Shown here: in pieces, positions 9,356 through 19,200 of the stretch
Layout: each line of letters begins with the position of its first letter
Numbering within the stretch: position 1 is the stretch's first letter
Source of the DNA: Pseudomonadota bacterium
Lineage (GTDB): Archaea; Thermoplasmatota; SW-10-69-26; JACQPN01; JAJPHT01
Assembly: GCA_021325135.1 (NCBI GenBank)
Contig: JAJPHT010000008.1
Span: 1 to 53,000 of the forward strand
Direction of reading: 5' to 3'
Length of the DNA: 53,000 bases
Translations under genes and position numbers: made by a program
Notes under the pieces: model-generated
Told to the model about the DNA's origin: nothing
Database searches by the model: none
Seen by the model: the letters and a program-made list of their open reading frames with translations, nothing else

Positions 9356-12300
9356 GCGCCCACCCCCGGGGAGGGCGCCGCGGCCTTGCGGCCCAGGAGC
9401 GCGTCAAGCTCGTTGCGCACGGCGGCGAGGGACTCCACGGCGCGGTCGCGCTCCTCGCTGCCGATGGCGTGGTCGGAGTAGCGCGCCTCCTCGAAGAGGC
9501 GGATCAGCTCGCGCATCGCGACGGCGCCCACGGGGAGCGCCTTGCGGACGCCGGCCGCGAACTCGCGGGGCGTCTCGCTCTCCTTCTCGGCGTAGCCGTA
9601 GCGGGCCAGGTGCGCGCTGAAGCGGCGGTACGCCAGGAAGATGGTGCCCTGGTACTCGTTGCCCGCGAGCAGCTCCTGGATGGCCTCCTGGAGGATCTCG
9701 CGCGCCTCGCCGAGCTGGCGGCGGCGCAGCATGGCGACGGCGATGACGCCCGCGACGAGCACGAGCGCGACGAGGACGAGGAGGATGAGCCCCGCGTAGG
9801 CGACGGGCGTGCCGGGGCCCACGACGGCGATGGCCTGGCTGCGGTACTCCGTCCCCAGCACGTCGCTGCCGCCGCGCACGGTGATGGCGAAGGCGGCGTC
9901 GCCCGTGAGCGGCGTGACCGAGGCGAGGGTCGCCTTGCCGGCCACGTCGGTCTGGCCCACGACGGGGGCGCTCCCCTTGCCCAGCGCGTAGACGAAGGTG
10001 GTGTTGCGCAGCGGCTGGCCCTTGTCGTCCAGCAGCGTGATATCACCCGCGACGGAGAAGCCGCGCACGGCGAGGGCGGGGAGGTGGACGTCCACCTTGG
10101 GGCGCACCTTGACGACGACGTCCAGCGGCACGGAGAGCGCGTCGTAGCGCGCGTCGCCGCTGGCGTTGAGCCAGAGCGTGCTGGCGCCGCGGGGCGCGTC
10201 GGCGGGCACGCTGAGCGTCCCCGCGACGCGGCCGGCGTGGACGGGGAGCTTGCCCAGGTCGAGGCCCGCGAGGCTCGCCGTGAGCGTGGCGTCCACGGGC
10301 GCGCCCTGGTCGTCGGCGAGCGTGCCCGCGAGGGCCGCCGGCTCGCCGCGCACCAGCGGGGCGAGGCTCGCAAGCTCCAGCGTGAGGGGGCTGCGCACGG
10401 ACCAGGGCGCGGTGGCGTTGGCGCCCGCGATGGCGTCGGTGCCGGGGTAGCTCGCGGTGGCGTTGACGGGGCCCAGCGCGAAGCCCGCGGGGAGGGGCCG
10501 CTGGAGGAGGAAGGAGCCGTTGCGCGCGGTCCGCGCCTCGCCCAGGTCCGCGCCGCCCACGCGCACGCGCACGGCCGCGGCGGGGATGGGGTGCCCCTCG
10601 TCGTCCAGGAGGACGCCGCTGGCGGCCACGAGCCCGCGCGTGGCGCGCTGCGGGTCCAGCCTCAGCGTGGAGCCTTGGAGCACCGCGACGCTCGCGGAGG
10701 CGGAGGAGCCCTGGTAGAGGGAGTTGGAGCGCGGCGCGTAGACGAGGGCGACCTGGCCGAGGCTCGCGCGCTCGGTGCGGTTGGTCTGCACGAGGAAGGT
10801 GAGGTTGCCCGTGTCGTCCGTGACGGCGGTGCCCTGCTTCTCGCCGCGCCACGAGACGGCGACGGCCTGGCGAGCGACGGGGGCGCCCGCGTCGTCGAGC
10901 ACGGTGGCGCTGACGCTGAACGCCCCGCCGCGGACGAGGCTGAAGGGCGTCGGGCCCAGCGTGAGCGTCGTCGCGCTGGTCACGGTGGCGGTGGTGAGGT
11001 TGCTGGTGTCGCCGTGGTCGCGGTCGCCCGCGTAGGTGACGTTCACCGTGGAGGTGCCCAGGGGGAGCGCGTTGAGCGGGACCGCGATGGCAAAGGCTCC
11101 GGAGTCGTCGGTCTGCGCGAAGCCCAGGCGCCCCTTCTCGCCCGTGGCGACGACCTGGCCCAGGATGCCGTCGCCCTCGTTGTCCACGAGGCGGCCACGC
11201 AGCGTGGTGTCCAGCGAGCGGGGGCCCGTGAGGCTCGTGAGGTCGACGATTTCGGAGGTGCGCTTCACCGCCAGGGGCAGGTCGATCTCCGAGGGCGAGG
11301 AGACGGCGTCGCCCGCGAAGCGCGCCTGCACGCTCTGGGGGCCCGCGCTGAGGCTCCCCGGGATGGGGAAGGAGAGGTTGAACCGGCCCGTGGCGTCGGT
11401 GGTGGCGGTCTGGTCGAGGCCGCCCAGGAGGATGCGCACCGGGGCGTTGGGGACGGGCGTCCCGGAGACGACGCTGCCGTCGACGAGCGTCACCTCCGCG
11501 GTGGAGAGCGTGCCGGCGACGGAGACGAGGTCCCCCACGGTGCCTCCCGGCGCGGAGAGCGCGGCCTGGATGGCGGTGGGGCTGCGCACGTCGATGGCGA
11601 ACTCCCGCGCGACGCTGGTGAGGTTGGCGTCCGTGGAGTCGAAGCGCGCGGAGAGGATGTAGCGGCCCGGCTGGCGCGCCGAGATGGGCACGTGGAGGCT
11701 GGTGAGGTTGAGGTGCCCCGAGCGGTCCGTGGTCGCGCGCTGCGTGATGGCCGTGGGCGCGCCGTTCCAGGTGAACGTGACGGGCTCCTCCAGCGCGCCG
11801 CCGCCCGCGTCGGTCAGGCGCAGGTCGCCCTGGAGCGTGCCGCCGTTCTCCACGACGCCCGCGACGGTGGTGTCCAGGCGCGTCGCGCTGTGGACGACGA
11901 TGGGGAGGGGCGCGCTGGCGGCGAACGCGGTGGCGTGCACAGGGGTGGACGCGCCGCTCACGGTCGCGGTGGCGGTGAGGTAGGTGGGCGAGCTCACGCC
12001 CGCGGTGGCGCTGGTGTTGTAGACCCAGACGACCAGCGCGTTGGGCGCGCCCGCGGTGGCGGCGCCGGTGGCGACGCGGGAGGGGTCGAAGGGGAGCGAC
12101 ACCGCGCCCTGGGTCGCGCCCAGGAGCGTGAGCCCCGGCGCGGGGATCGCGACGGTCTGGTCCGCGGTGAGGTTCGCGACGATGCGGAACGAGCCGTTGG
12201 CGGCGGTGAAGCCCGCGCCCACGATGGCCGCGGGGTCCGCGCCGAAGGCGGAGACGAGCACGGTGCGGTTGGCCGCGGGCCGGTCCGCGCCGGTGGAGTC

Positions 12301-15300
12301 GCGCAGCACGAGGACGCCGGTGACGTTGAACGCCTGCCCCTTGGTCACGACGCTGGAGCTGCCCAGGGAGACGTTGAGGAGGCGCGTCGGCACGCGCAGG
12401 CGCGAGACGGCGAGCCCCGAGGCGGGGTCGACGTGCGCCTGGGAGCGGCCGAAGGCGGGCTCGCCGGGCGAGTCGCCCCAGGATTGCGCGCGCAGACGCG
12501 TCTCGTCGGGCGTCGCCGCGGCCTGCACCCAGGCCTGCGCCTCCTTGGGATCGCCGAAGCGCCCCGCCACGGTGTTGTTGAACAGCGAAGGGAACGGGTC
12601 CTCGCCGTTGCGGTCGTGGAGGCCGTCGTTGTCGGCGTCCACGGGGGCGGCGCCCGCGTCGGGGCTCGTGCCCCACCACCAGACGCCGTCCTTCGTCTCG
12701 TCCCACCACGCGGGGCGCCCCGCCTGGTACGCCGCGGTGGGCGCCGCGCCCTCGGAGGGGTTGCGGAGGTAGTACGCGTACCACCCATCGGGGATGCCCG
12801 TGCCGCTGCTGTCCAGCGTCGTGGGCACGCAGCCGCAGGTGCTGTGGAAGGCGCCCTCGCCGTAGAACTCCACGGTGCCGTTGGAGAGCGTCTTGTGCGC
12901 GATGCCCGACGCATTCCACTGCGCGGTGACATCAGGGCCGACCTGCGTGGAGAAGCGGTCGGGGCCGTCCAGCAGGCCGTCGCCGTCGGTGTCCGCCCGC
13001 TGCGGGTCGGTCTTCACGTTCTCGTCGAAGTTGAACTGCGTCTTGCCGAAGCCCGTCAGCTCCAGGAAGTCGGGCACGCCGTCGTGGTCGCTGTCCTTGT
13101 TGCCATTCCTGAAGTCGTCCACGTCCTTGGGGACGAGCGGGCTCACGGTGCCGGCGGAGACCTCGATGCCGTCCTCCACGCCGTCGCCGTCGGTGTCCGC
13201 GAGGTTGGGGTCGCTGCCCGCGCCGTAGGCGTGGGGCAGGCCCGAGGCGTCGGGGAGCGTGAAGGTGAGAATGCTGCACTGGCCCGACGCCGCGTGGCAC
13301 TCGTCGGAGAGCGAGAGGCCGTCCTTGTCGGGATCGGCGCGGTCGCCCGTCTCGGGGTTGGCGGGGTCGGGGAACGCGGCGTTGGGGCTGCGCAGCTTCG
13401 CCTGCTGGAGCATGTACGCCTCGTAGGCGTCGGGCGCGCCGTCGCCGTCGCTGTCGGCGAGGAACGGGTTGACGCGGAGGCGCTGCTGGTCCGCGTAGGA
13501 GAGGCGGTACACGCCGTCCACCGAGAGGACCTTCACCGCGACGCCCTTGAGCGTGTCCCCCTCGAAGCAGCCCGCGGGCGAGCCGTCGATCTTCTCGGTG
13601 AGCGGATCGGGGCGCGCGAGGGTGGCGAGCGCCGCGCAGCGGTCGTTGGCCGTGCCGGCCGGCATGGGGCTGCACGGGATGGAGACGGACTCGGGCGCCT
13701 GGGCAGAGCAGACGAAGCGCACGTAGCCCGTCTCCTTGCAGCCGCCCCCGTCGCACGAGAGCTTGGCCAGGGGCTGGATGGGCGAGGTCGCCATGGCCGT
13801 CTCGACCTCGTGGCGGCGCGCCTGCGCGGCGGGGTCGCCGCCAATAATGCTATCACCGACGCGCGGGTCGTTGGCGGCCAGGAGCGAGGGGAACGTGCCC
13901 GGATCGATGCGGCTCCCCCAGAAGGCCTTCCAGCCGTCGGAGACGCCGTCGCCCGCGGTGCTCAGCTTGTTGGGGTCCGTGCCGGCGAGGTACTCGTCCA
14001 CGACGCTGAACGAGAACTGGTGTGCCATGCGTGCCGCGCCCGCGTGCGAGTCGTAGGAGTACCACGCGACGACGTCGCCGTCCAGGTTCTCCTTGTCGTC
14101 GGTCACGCCGTTGCCGTCGCTGTCCGCGCGGGAGGGGTCGAGGTTCCAGCCCCCCTGCTGGCCGCCCACGTGGATGGAGGCGTCGAAGCCGCCATAGCGG
14201 ATCTCCCACGAGTCGGGCAGGCCGTCGCCGTCGGTGTCGGGGTTGGCGGGGTCGCTCCCGGGGCGCGGCACGCTGCTGGCGAACTCGGTGAGCTTGTAGA
14301 GCGAGGGGTCCATCTTGGGGCCCGCGGGGAAGAAGACCTTCGTCTTGGGGACGCTGGCGCCCTGCTTCTCGGCGAAGAGGCCGCCCGAGGGGTCGCTGTC
14401 GAGGACGTTGGGGATGCCATCGCCGTCCACGTCGCCGTCGGGGCGGAGCTCGTCCACCACCTGCTGCTGCGAGAGGCCCGAGAAGCGCTGGTAGAGGCGC
14501 GTCCAGTCGAAGAGCGTCTTGTACGCGCTGCCGTTGTACGGATACACCGGGCTCGCGCGGTACTGGTCGTAGCGGTCGGCCCAGAACTGGAGGCGCGGCC
14601 CGTCCTTCATGAGGTCGCCCGCCGAGTCGGCGCGCGTGGGGTCCAGGAAGGGCTGGCCCGGCGCGGCGGCGCCCAGATCGTATTTGCTATCGCCGCGGAC
14701 GACGCCGCAGACCTTCTCGAAGTCCGAGAGGCCCGAGAAGGCGGTGTCGCGGTTGAGGGGGTCGGTGGGGGGGAAGCTCCGCGTGGGCGCGTCGGAGGCG
14801 CCGCACGTCGTCTTCCCCGCGTACTCCTCCAGGTCGGTGAGCCCGTCGGCGTCGCTGTCGGACTCCAGGGGATTGCTGCGGGCGCGGTAGGCGTGCGCCT
14901 TGGCGTCGGGGCCGGTGTCCAGCGTGGCGTTGGCGTTCCAGCCGCGGATCTCCACGGCGTCGGGCACGCCGTCGTGGTCGGTGTCGCCGGTGGCGGGGTC
15001 CGTGCCGCCCCACCAGACGCCCTCCACGCTCTCGTTCCACGAGGAGGGGCGCCCGTAGAGGTACGCGTCCTGGATGGTCATGACGCAGTCGGGGATGGGC
15101 TGGCCGGGCGCGGGCGGGCTCGCGGCGACTTCCGTGCAGTGGGAGAGCGGGCCCGAGGGTGGGCTCGCGGGGAGGTCGCGGACCTGGGGCCAGTCGCTGG
15201 CGTTGGCGATGACGCGGTCCACGTCCTCGCCGAAGGGGGAGAGGCCGTACTTCACGTACCAGCCGTCGGGAATGCCGGTGTTGGCCGTCTCCCACTGCGT

Positions 15301-16263
15301 GGGATCAAGGCCCTTGGCGAAGAGGACGTCGATCCCCTTGGCCTGCACGTCGGCGCGGAGGAGGTCGTAGCCGTAGACGAACTCCTCCAGGTTGGTGAGC
15401 CCGTCGCGGTCGGGGTCCTGGCTGCCCGCGGAGGGGTCGAAGGCGTTGAGCCCGTAGTGGAGGAGCCACCCGTCCGCGACGCCGGTGCCGGCGGTGCTGA
15501 ACTTCGCGGGGTCGGTGTGCGTGACGTGGATCTCCATCCAGTCGGAGAGCCCGTCCTGGTCCGTGTCCAGCGCGAGGGGGTCGACGTTGGCGTCGAAGGC
15601 CTGCCTCACGGTGAGGTTGCCCTTGCTGCCCGGCGCCACGGCGTCCACGTTGGGGTGCAGCGGATCGAGCCCGTAGTGGAGGAGCCACCCGGTGGGGACG
15701 CCCGTGCCGGCCTGGTCCCACTGGGTGGGGTCCACGGTGGCCTGGCCCACCCACCAGGGGGCGTCCACGCCGGGCTGATAGCCCGCGGGCTTGCCGTAGG
15801 CGTAGTACGCCGAGAGCGGCGGGCGGTACGCGTCGGGGTAGCCCTGCTGGTACGCGGGGTGCTGCGCGAGCACGTCGGCGGGGGGCGCCGCGCCGCGGGC
15901 GGTCTTCGTCACGGGCGAGAGGGGGTCGTAGCCGTGCTGCGCGAGCCAGCCATCGGGGATGGAGAGGCCGCTGCTGTTCCAGTTGCCCGCGTCCGTGCCG
16001 TAGAGGTAGTTCTCCAGCGCGTCGGGCAGCCCGTCGTGGTCCGCGTCCTTGGCGTTGAGGCCGGCGGACTGGAACGTGTCGGGAAGCTCGCGCGTCTCGG
16101 CGATGCGCGCCGCGCTGATGCCCAGGGCGCCGGGCGAGACGAGGGCCGCCACGGCGAGGCCCGCCAGGAGGATGACGAGGACGACGGCGACCACCAGGGG
16201 CACCGCGCCCTTGGCAAGGCGCCGCGTGAGGCCACCGGGGAGGATCTTGAGGAGGCGCTCCAT
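9352..16263 (-). CDS. Giant membrane-anchored protein: Ca-binding DxDxDG repeats + Ig-like tandem + TM + C-terminal DUF4129
   Basis: 2303 aa from ATG 16263 (MERLLKILPGG; TGATG overlap with upstream stop, AGGAGG SD); N-terminal TM; over a dozen D-[ST]-D-x-D-G-[LV]-x-D motifs; Ig-like repeats in C-half; TM, then ESETPREF...LFEEARYS (DUF4129 signature). Confidence 0.88.
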   Translation of the reverse strand: MERLLKILPGGLTRRLAKGAVPLVVAVVLVILLAGLAVAALVSPGALGISAARIAETRELPDTFQSAGLNAKDADHDGLPDALENYLYGTDAGNWNSSGLSIPDGWLAQHGYDPLSPVTKTARGAAPPADVLAQHPAYQQGYPDAYRPPLSAYYAYGKPAGYQPGVDAPWWVGQATVDPTQWDQAGTGVPTGWLLHYGLDPLHPNVDAVAPGSKGNLTVRQAFDANVDPLALDTDQDGLSDWMEIHVTHTDPAKFSTAGTGVADGWLLHYGLNAFDPSAGSQDPDRDGLTNLEEFVYGYDLLRADVQAKGIDVLFAKGLDPTQWETANTGIPDGWYVKYGLSPFGEDVDRVIANASDWPQVRDLPASPPSGPLSHCTEVAASPPAPGQPIPDCVMTIQDAYLYGRPSSWNESVEGVWWGGTDPATGDTDHDGVPDAVEIRGWNANATLDTGPDAKAHAYRARSNPLESDSDADGLTDLEEYAGKTTCGASDAPTRSFPPTDPLNRDTAFSGLSDFEKVCGVVRGDSKYDLGAAAPGQPFLDPTRADSAGDLMKDGPRLQFWADRYDQYRASPVYPYNGSAYKTLFDWTRLYQRFSGLSQQQVVDELRPDGDVDGDGIPNVLDSDPSGGLFAEKQGASVPKTKVFFPAGPKMDPSLYKLTEFASSVPRPGSDPANPDTDGDGLPDSWEIRYGGFDASIHVGGQQGGWNLDPSRADSDGNGVTDDKENLDGDVVAWYSYDSHAGAARMAHQFSFSVVDEYLAGTDPNKLSTAGDGVSDGWKAFWGSRIDPGTFPSLLAANDPRVGDSIIGGDPAAQARRHEVETAMATSPIQPLAKLSCDGGGCKETGYVRFVCSAQAPESVSIPCSPMPAGTANDRCAALATLARPDPLTEKIDGSPAGCFEGDTLKGVAVKVLSVDGVYRLSYADQQRLRVNPFLADSDGDGAPDAYEAYMLQQAKLRSPNAAFPDPANPETGDRADPDKDGLSLSDECHAASGQCSILTFTLPDASGLPHAYGAGSDPNLADTDGDGVEDGIEVSAGTVSPLVPKDVDDFRNGNKDSDHDGVPDFLELTGFGKTQFNFDENVKTDPQRADTDGDGLLDGPDRFSTQVGPDVTAQWNASGIAHKTLSNGTVEFYGEGAFHSTCGCVPTTLDSSGTGIPDGWYAYYLRNPSEGAAPTAAYQAGRPAWWDETKDGVWWWGTSPDAGAAPVDADNDGLHDRNGEDPFPSLFNNTVAGRFGDPKEAQAWVQAAATPDETRLRAQSWGDSPGEPAFGRSQAHVDPASGLAVSRLRVPTRLLNVSLGSSSVVTKGQAFNVTGVLVLRDSTGADRPAANRTVLVSAFGADPAAIVGAGFTAANGSFRIVANLTADQTVAIPAPGLTLLGATQGAVSLPFDPSRVATGAATAGAPNALVVWVYNTSATAGVSSPTYLTATATVSGASTPVHATAFAASAPLPIVVHSATRLDTTVAGVVENGGTLQGDLRLTDAGGGALEEPVTFTWNGAPTAITQRATTDRSGHLNLTSLHVPISARQPGRYILSARFDSTDANLTSVAREFAIDVRSPTAIQAALSAPGGTVGDLVSVAGTLSTAEVTLVDGSVVSGTPVPNAPVRILLGGLDQTATTDATGRFNLSFPIPGSLSAGPQSVQARFAGDAVSSPSEIDLPLAVKRTSEIVDLTSLTGPRSLDTTLRGRLVDNEGDGILGQVVATGEKGRLGFAQTDDSGAFAIAVPLNALPLGTSTVNVTYAGDRDHGDTSNLTTATVTSATTLTLGPTPFSLVRGGAFSVSATVLDDAGAPVARQAVAVSWRGEKQGTAVTDDTGNLTFLVQTNRTERASLGQVALVYAPRSNSLYQGSSASASVAVLQGSTLRLDPQRATRGLVAASGVLLDDEGHPIPAAAVRVRVGGADLGEARTARNGSFLLQRPLPAGFALGPVNATASYPGTDAIAGANATAPWSVRSPLTLELASLAPLVRGEPAALAGTLADDQGAPVDATLTASLAGLDLGKLPVHAGRVAGTLSVPADAPRGASTLWLNASGDARYDALSVPLDVVVKVRPKVDVHLPALAVRGFSVAGDITLLDDKGQPLRNTTFVYALGKGSAPVVGQTDVAGKATLASVTPLTGDAAFAITVRGGSDVLGTEYRSQAIAVVGPGTPVAYAGLILLVLVALVLVAGVIAVAMLRRRQLGEAREILQEAIQELLAGNEYQGTIFLAYRRFSAHLARYGYAEKESETPREFAAGVRKALPVGAVAMRELIRLFEEARYSDHAIGSEERDRAVESLAAVRNELDALLGRKAAAPSPGVGA

Positions 16264-19200
16264 CACGGGGCCTTCCTCCTGCGCGCGGAGAGGAGCGCGG
16301 CCGCGCACGCCACGGCGAGGGCCGCGAGGGCGCCGGGCGCGGGCGTGAGGCGCGACCCGAAGGTGACCACCTGCTGCGTGTTGTCGCGGGTGGACTGCAC
16401 GATGTCCTGCTGCGGGTCGATCACGACGCGGACTTCCTTGGGCTTGCCCGTCGCGACCCAGTTGAGCGTCGCGACCTTGGTGTCGTTGACGGTGATGCGG
16501 GAGAGGACGACCTTGTCCACGGCGGCGCCGTCCACGACCAGCGCCACGGTGACGTTCTCGGCGGCGATGGCGCCCTTGTTGCCCACGGCGGCGGAGACGA
16601 GCACGAGGTCGCCCGACGAGAGCGTGCCCGTCGTCTGGACGCTGGAGAGGTAGAGAAGGGGGCGCGCCAGCGTCGTCGTGACGTTCGCGCCGCCCGCGGG
16701 CCCGTCGGCGAAGGAGGCCTGGAGCGCCACGGGGAAGTCGCCGTCGGCCGCGTCGCGGGAGGCGTTGAGCAGCAGGCGCAGGGGCAGCGAGTCGCCCACG
16801 CCCAGCGTCGCGCGGGCGGGGACGAGGGTGGCGTTCCACCCTTGGGGCGCCGCGGCGGAGAGGTCGAACTCGCCGGCGAGGTTGCCCACGTTGGTCACGC
16901 GCCCCTCCAGCGAGGTGGGCTTGCCCGGGCTCGTGAGGAGCGCGGCGGGCGCCTCGACGAGCAGGCGCGCGACCTGGCGCACCTGGATGGGCACGGTGAG
17001 GTTCTCGGTGGCCTCGCGGGAGAGGCGCACGGTGAACGTCAGGTTCGTGAGGCCCGCGGCGGCGCCGGGCGGGACCTCGATGGAGAGGGGCAGGTCCTCG
17101 GTGGCGTTGTAGTCGACGGCCAGGCTGGGCGAGTCGGTGGTCAGGCGCCACGCGGGATCGACCGCGCCGGGGAGGATCTCCACGATATCATTCCCATTCC
17201 CCGCGTTGGCGACGGGGAGGAGGTAGCGCAGCGTCTCGCCGGGCTCCGCCTCCGCGTCGGGGAGGTTGGGCGTCGTGATGTCGTGGATGCGGCGCACGAC
17301 CACCACCGCGCCCACCTCGTCGCCGGGCTGGAGCGTGCGGTCGTCCTCGCCCACCAGCGCCGTGACCTTCAGCGTCGCCAGGTCCCCCGCGCGGCTGCCC
17401 AGGGGCGGCGTGACGTCCAGGCGGAAGGTGAAGTTCGTGCCGGGGTCGAGGTTGATCTCGGGGGGATCGACGCTGAAGCGCGACGTCCACCCCTTGGGCA
17501 GGTCGCTGTCGTTGGCGAGACGGATGAGGAACTCGCCGTTGCCCGAGTTGTTCACGGTGAGGTTGAACGTCGCGTTGGCGCCCGGCGCCACCACCTGCGC
17601 GGCGGGGTCGAGGGCGAGCGTGATGTTGATCTTGGGGCGGATCTGCGTCGCGGTGTTGACGACGTCGCCCGCGGTGAGCGCGCTCTCGCTCTGCGCGGTG
17701 ATGGAGACGAAGTTCTTGGGCGCCGTCTCCTGGTTGGGCGCGGTCACGGCGAAGTCCAGCGTCTTCGTCTCGCCCGCGTCCAGCGTCACCGTGCGCGCGG
17801 GCTTGCCGTCCAGGAGAAGCGCCTGCGACCACCCCTCCTGGGGCGCCTTCACGGTGAGGTCGTAGGTGTCGCCCGTGCTGCCGGTGTTCTTCACCAGCAC
17901 GTTGTAGTGGTACGTCTGGCCAGGGTCCACGCCCACGGGGGGGTCGATGGTCTTGCGGCCCCCCTCCACGTCGAACCACATGCCCACGCCGTAGTTGACC
18001 TCCACGTGGATGTGGAACGTGAACGTGGCGGGGCTGCCGCCGGCCTTGGACTGCGCGGTGACGGTGACGGTGCGCGTGAGGTTCACGTCCGCGGCGCTGG
18101 GCGTGATGGAGAGCTGGAGGCGCTCCACGGCTCCCGAGGCCAGGGGCACGTCGCGCGAGCAGCCGGCGACCTTCCAGTCCTGCGGCGCGTCGCACGAGAC
18201 GCTCACGGTGTCGGGCAGGCCGTCGCCCGCGATCCAGCGGCCCAGGTTCACGACGTCCAGGCGGAAGTCCATGGGCTCGCCGGGGCCGCCGCTGCGCACG
18301 AGGAGGTTCCTCCCGGGGGCGTCGGGGCTGCGCAGCGCGACGAGGGGGCCGCGGAACTCGGCGGGGCCGAAGGTGCCCCTGGGGCCCACGGGCTCGCTGG
18401 GCACCATGCGCGCGTAGGCGTAGCTCGCGAGCCCGTCGGCGGACTGCATGGGGTCGTCGTAGACGACGCTCACGGGCTTGGTGGCCGAGATGTGATAGCT
18501 CGCCAGCGAAAGGGGATCGCGCGTGGGGTCGAGGACGAGGAAGCCGTCGGCGTTCACGCCGTAGGTGGCGTTGACCTTCGTGGGCAGGCCCGCCTTGGTG
18601 AGCTTGTCCTCGGTCACGGTGAGGAAGGTCTGGTTGTAGTGGCCCAGGATCGCCACGCGCCCCGAGATGCCGGGCTGGCCATAGGTGTCGAAGTCCACGC
18701 CGCCCACGCCCCCCACGGGTCCGAAGGAGGGGCGCGCCAGGGCGTCCGTGTTGCGCGTCGCCGCACCCACCGTCATGCGGAAGGGGACCTGCGTGGAGTC
18801 CTCGCCAGTGCGCGGGTCGATGGCGCCGTAGAAGTCCAGGGGCGCGGCGGGCGTCGTCGTCTGCGCGTGCTGATCTGCGCAGCCGGTGTCAAGGTGAAGG
18901 GGCGCCGTCGTGTCGGCGGGCCCCTCGGGGAACGCCTGGAGCGAAGGCTTGCCGAGGCTTACGGCGCGCAGCACGAGGCGCTCCTCCGTGCAGACGCGGT
19001 AGAGGCCGCCGTCGTTGGGCGCGCCCACGTAGAACTCGGTGCCCTCCGGGCCCCCGGTGAGCGCGGGGACGGAGTGCGCGACCTCGCCCTCGCTGGACGC
19101 CACGGCGAAGGGGTGCAGGCGCACGAGGACGGGCGCGCTGGCGGTGAGCGTGCTCCACTGGCCCGCAGGGATCGACATGACGGCGGTGGGCGAAGCGGGG

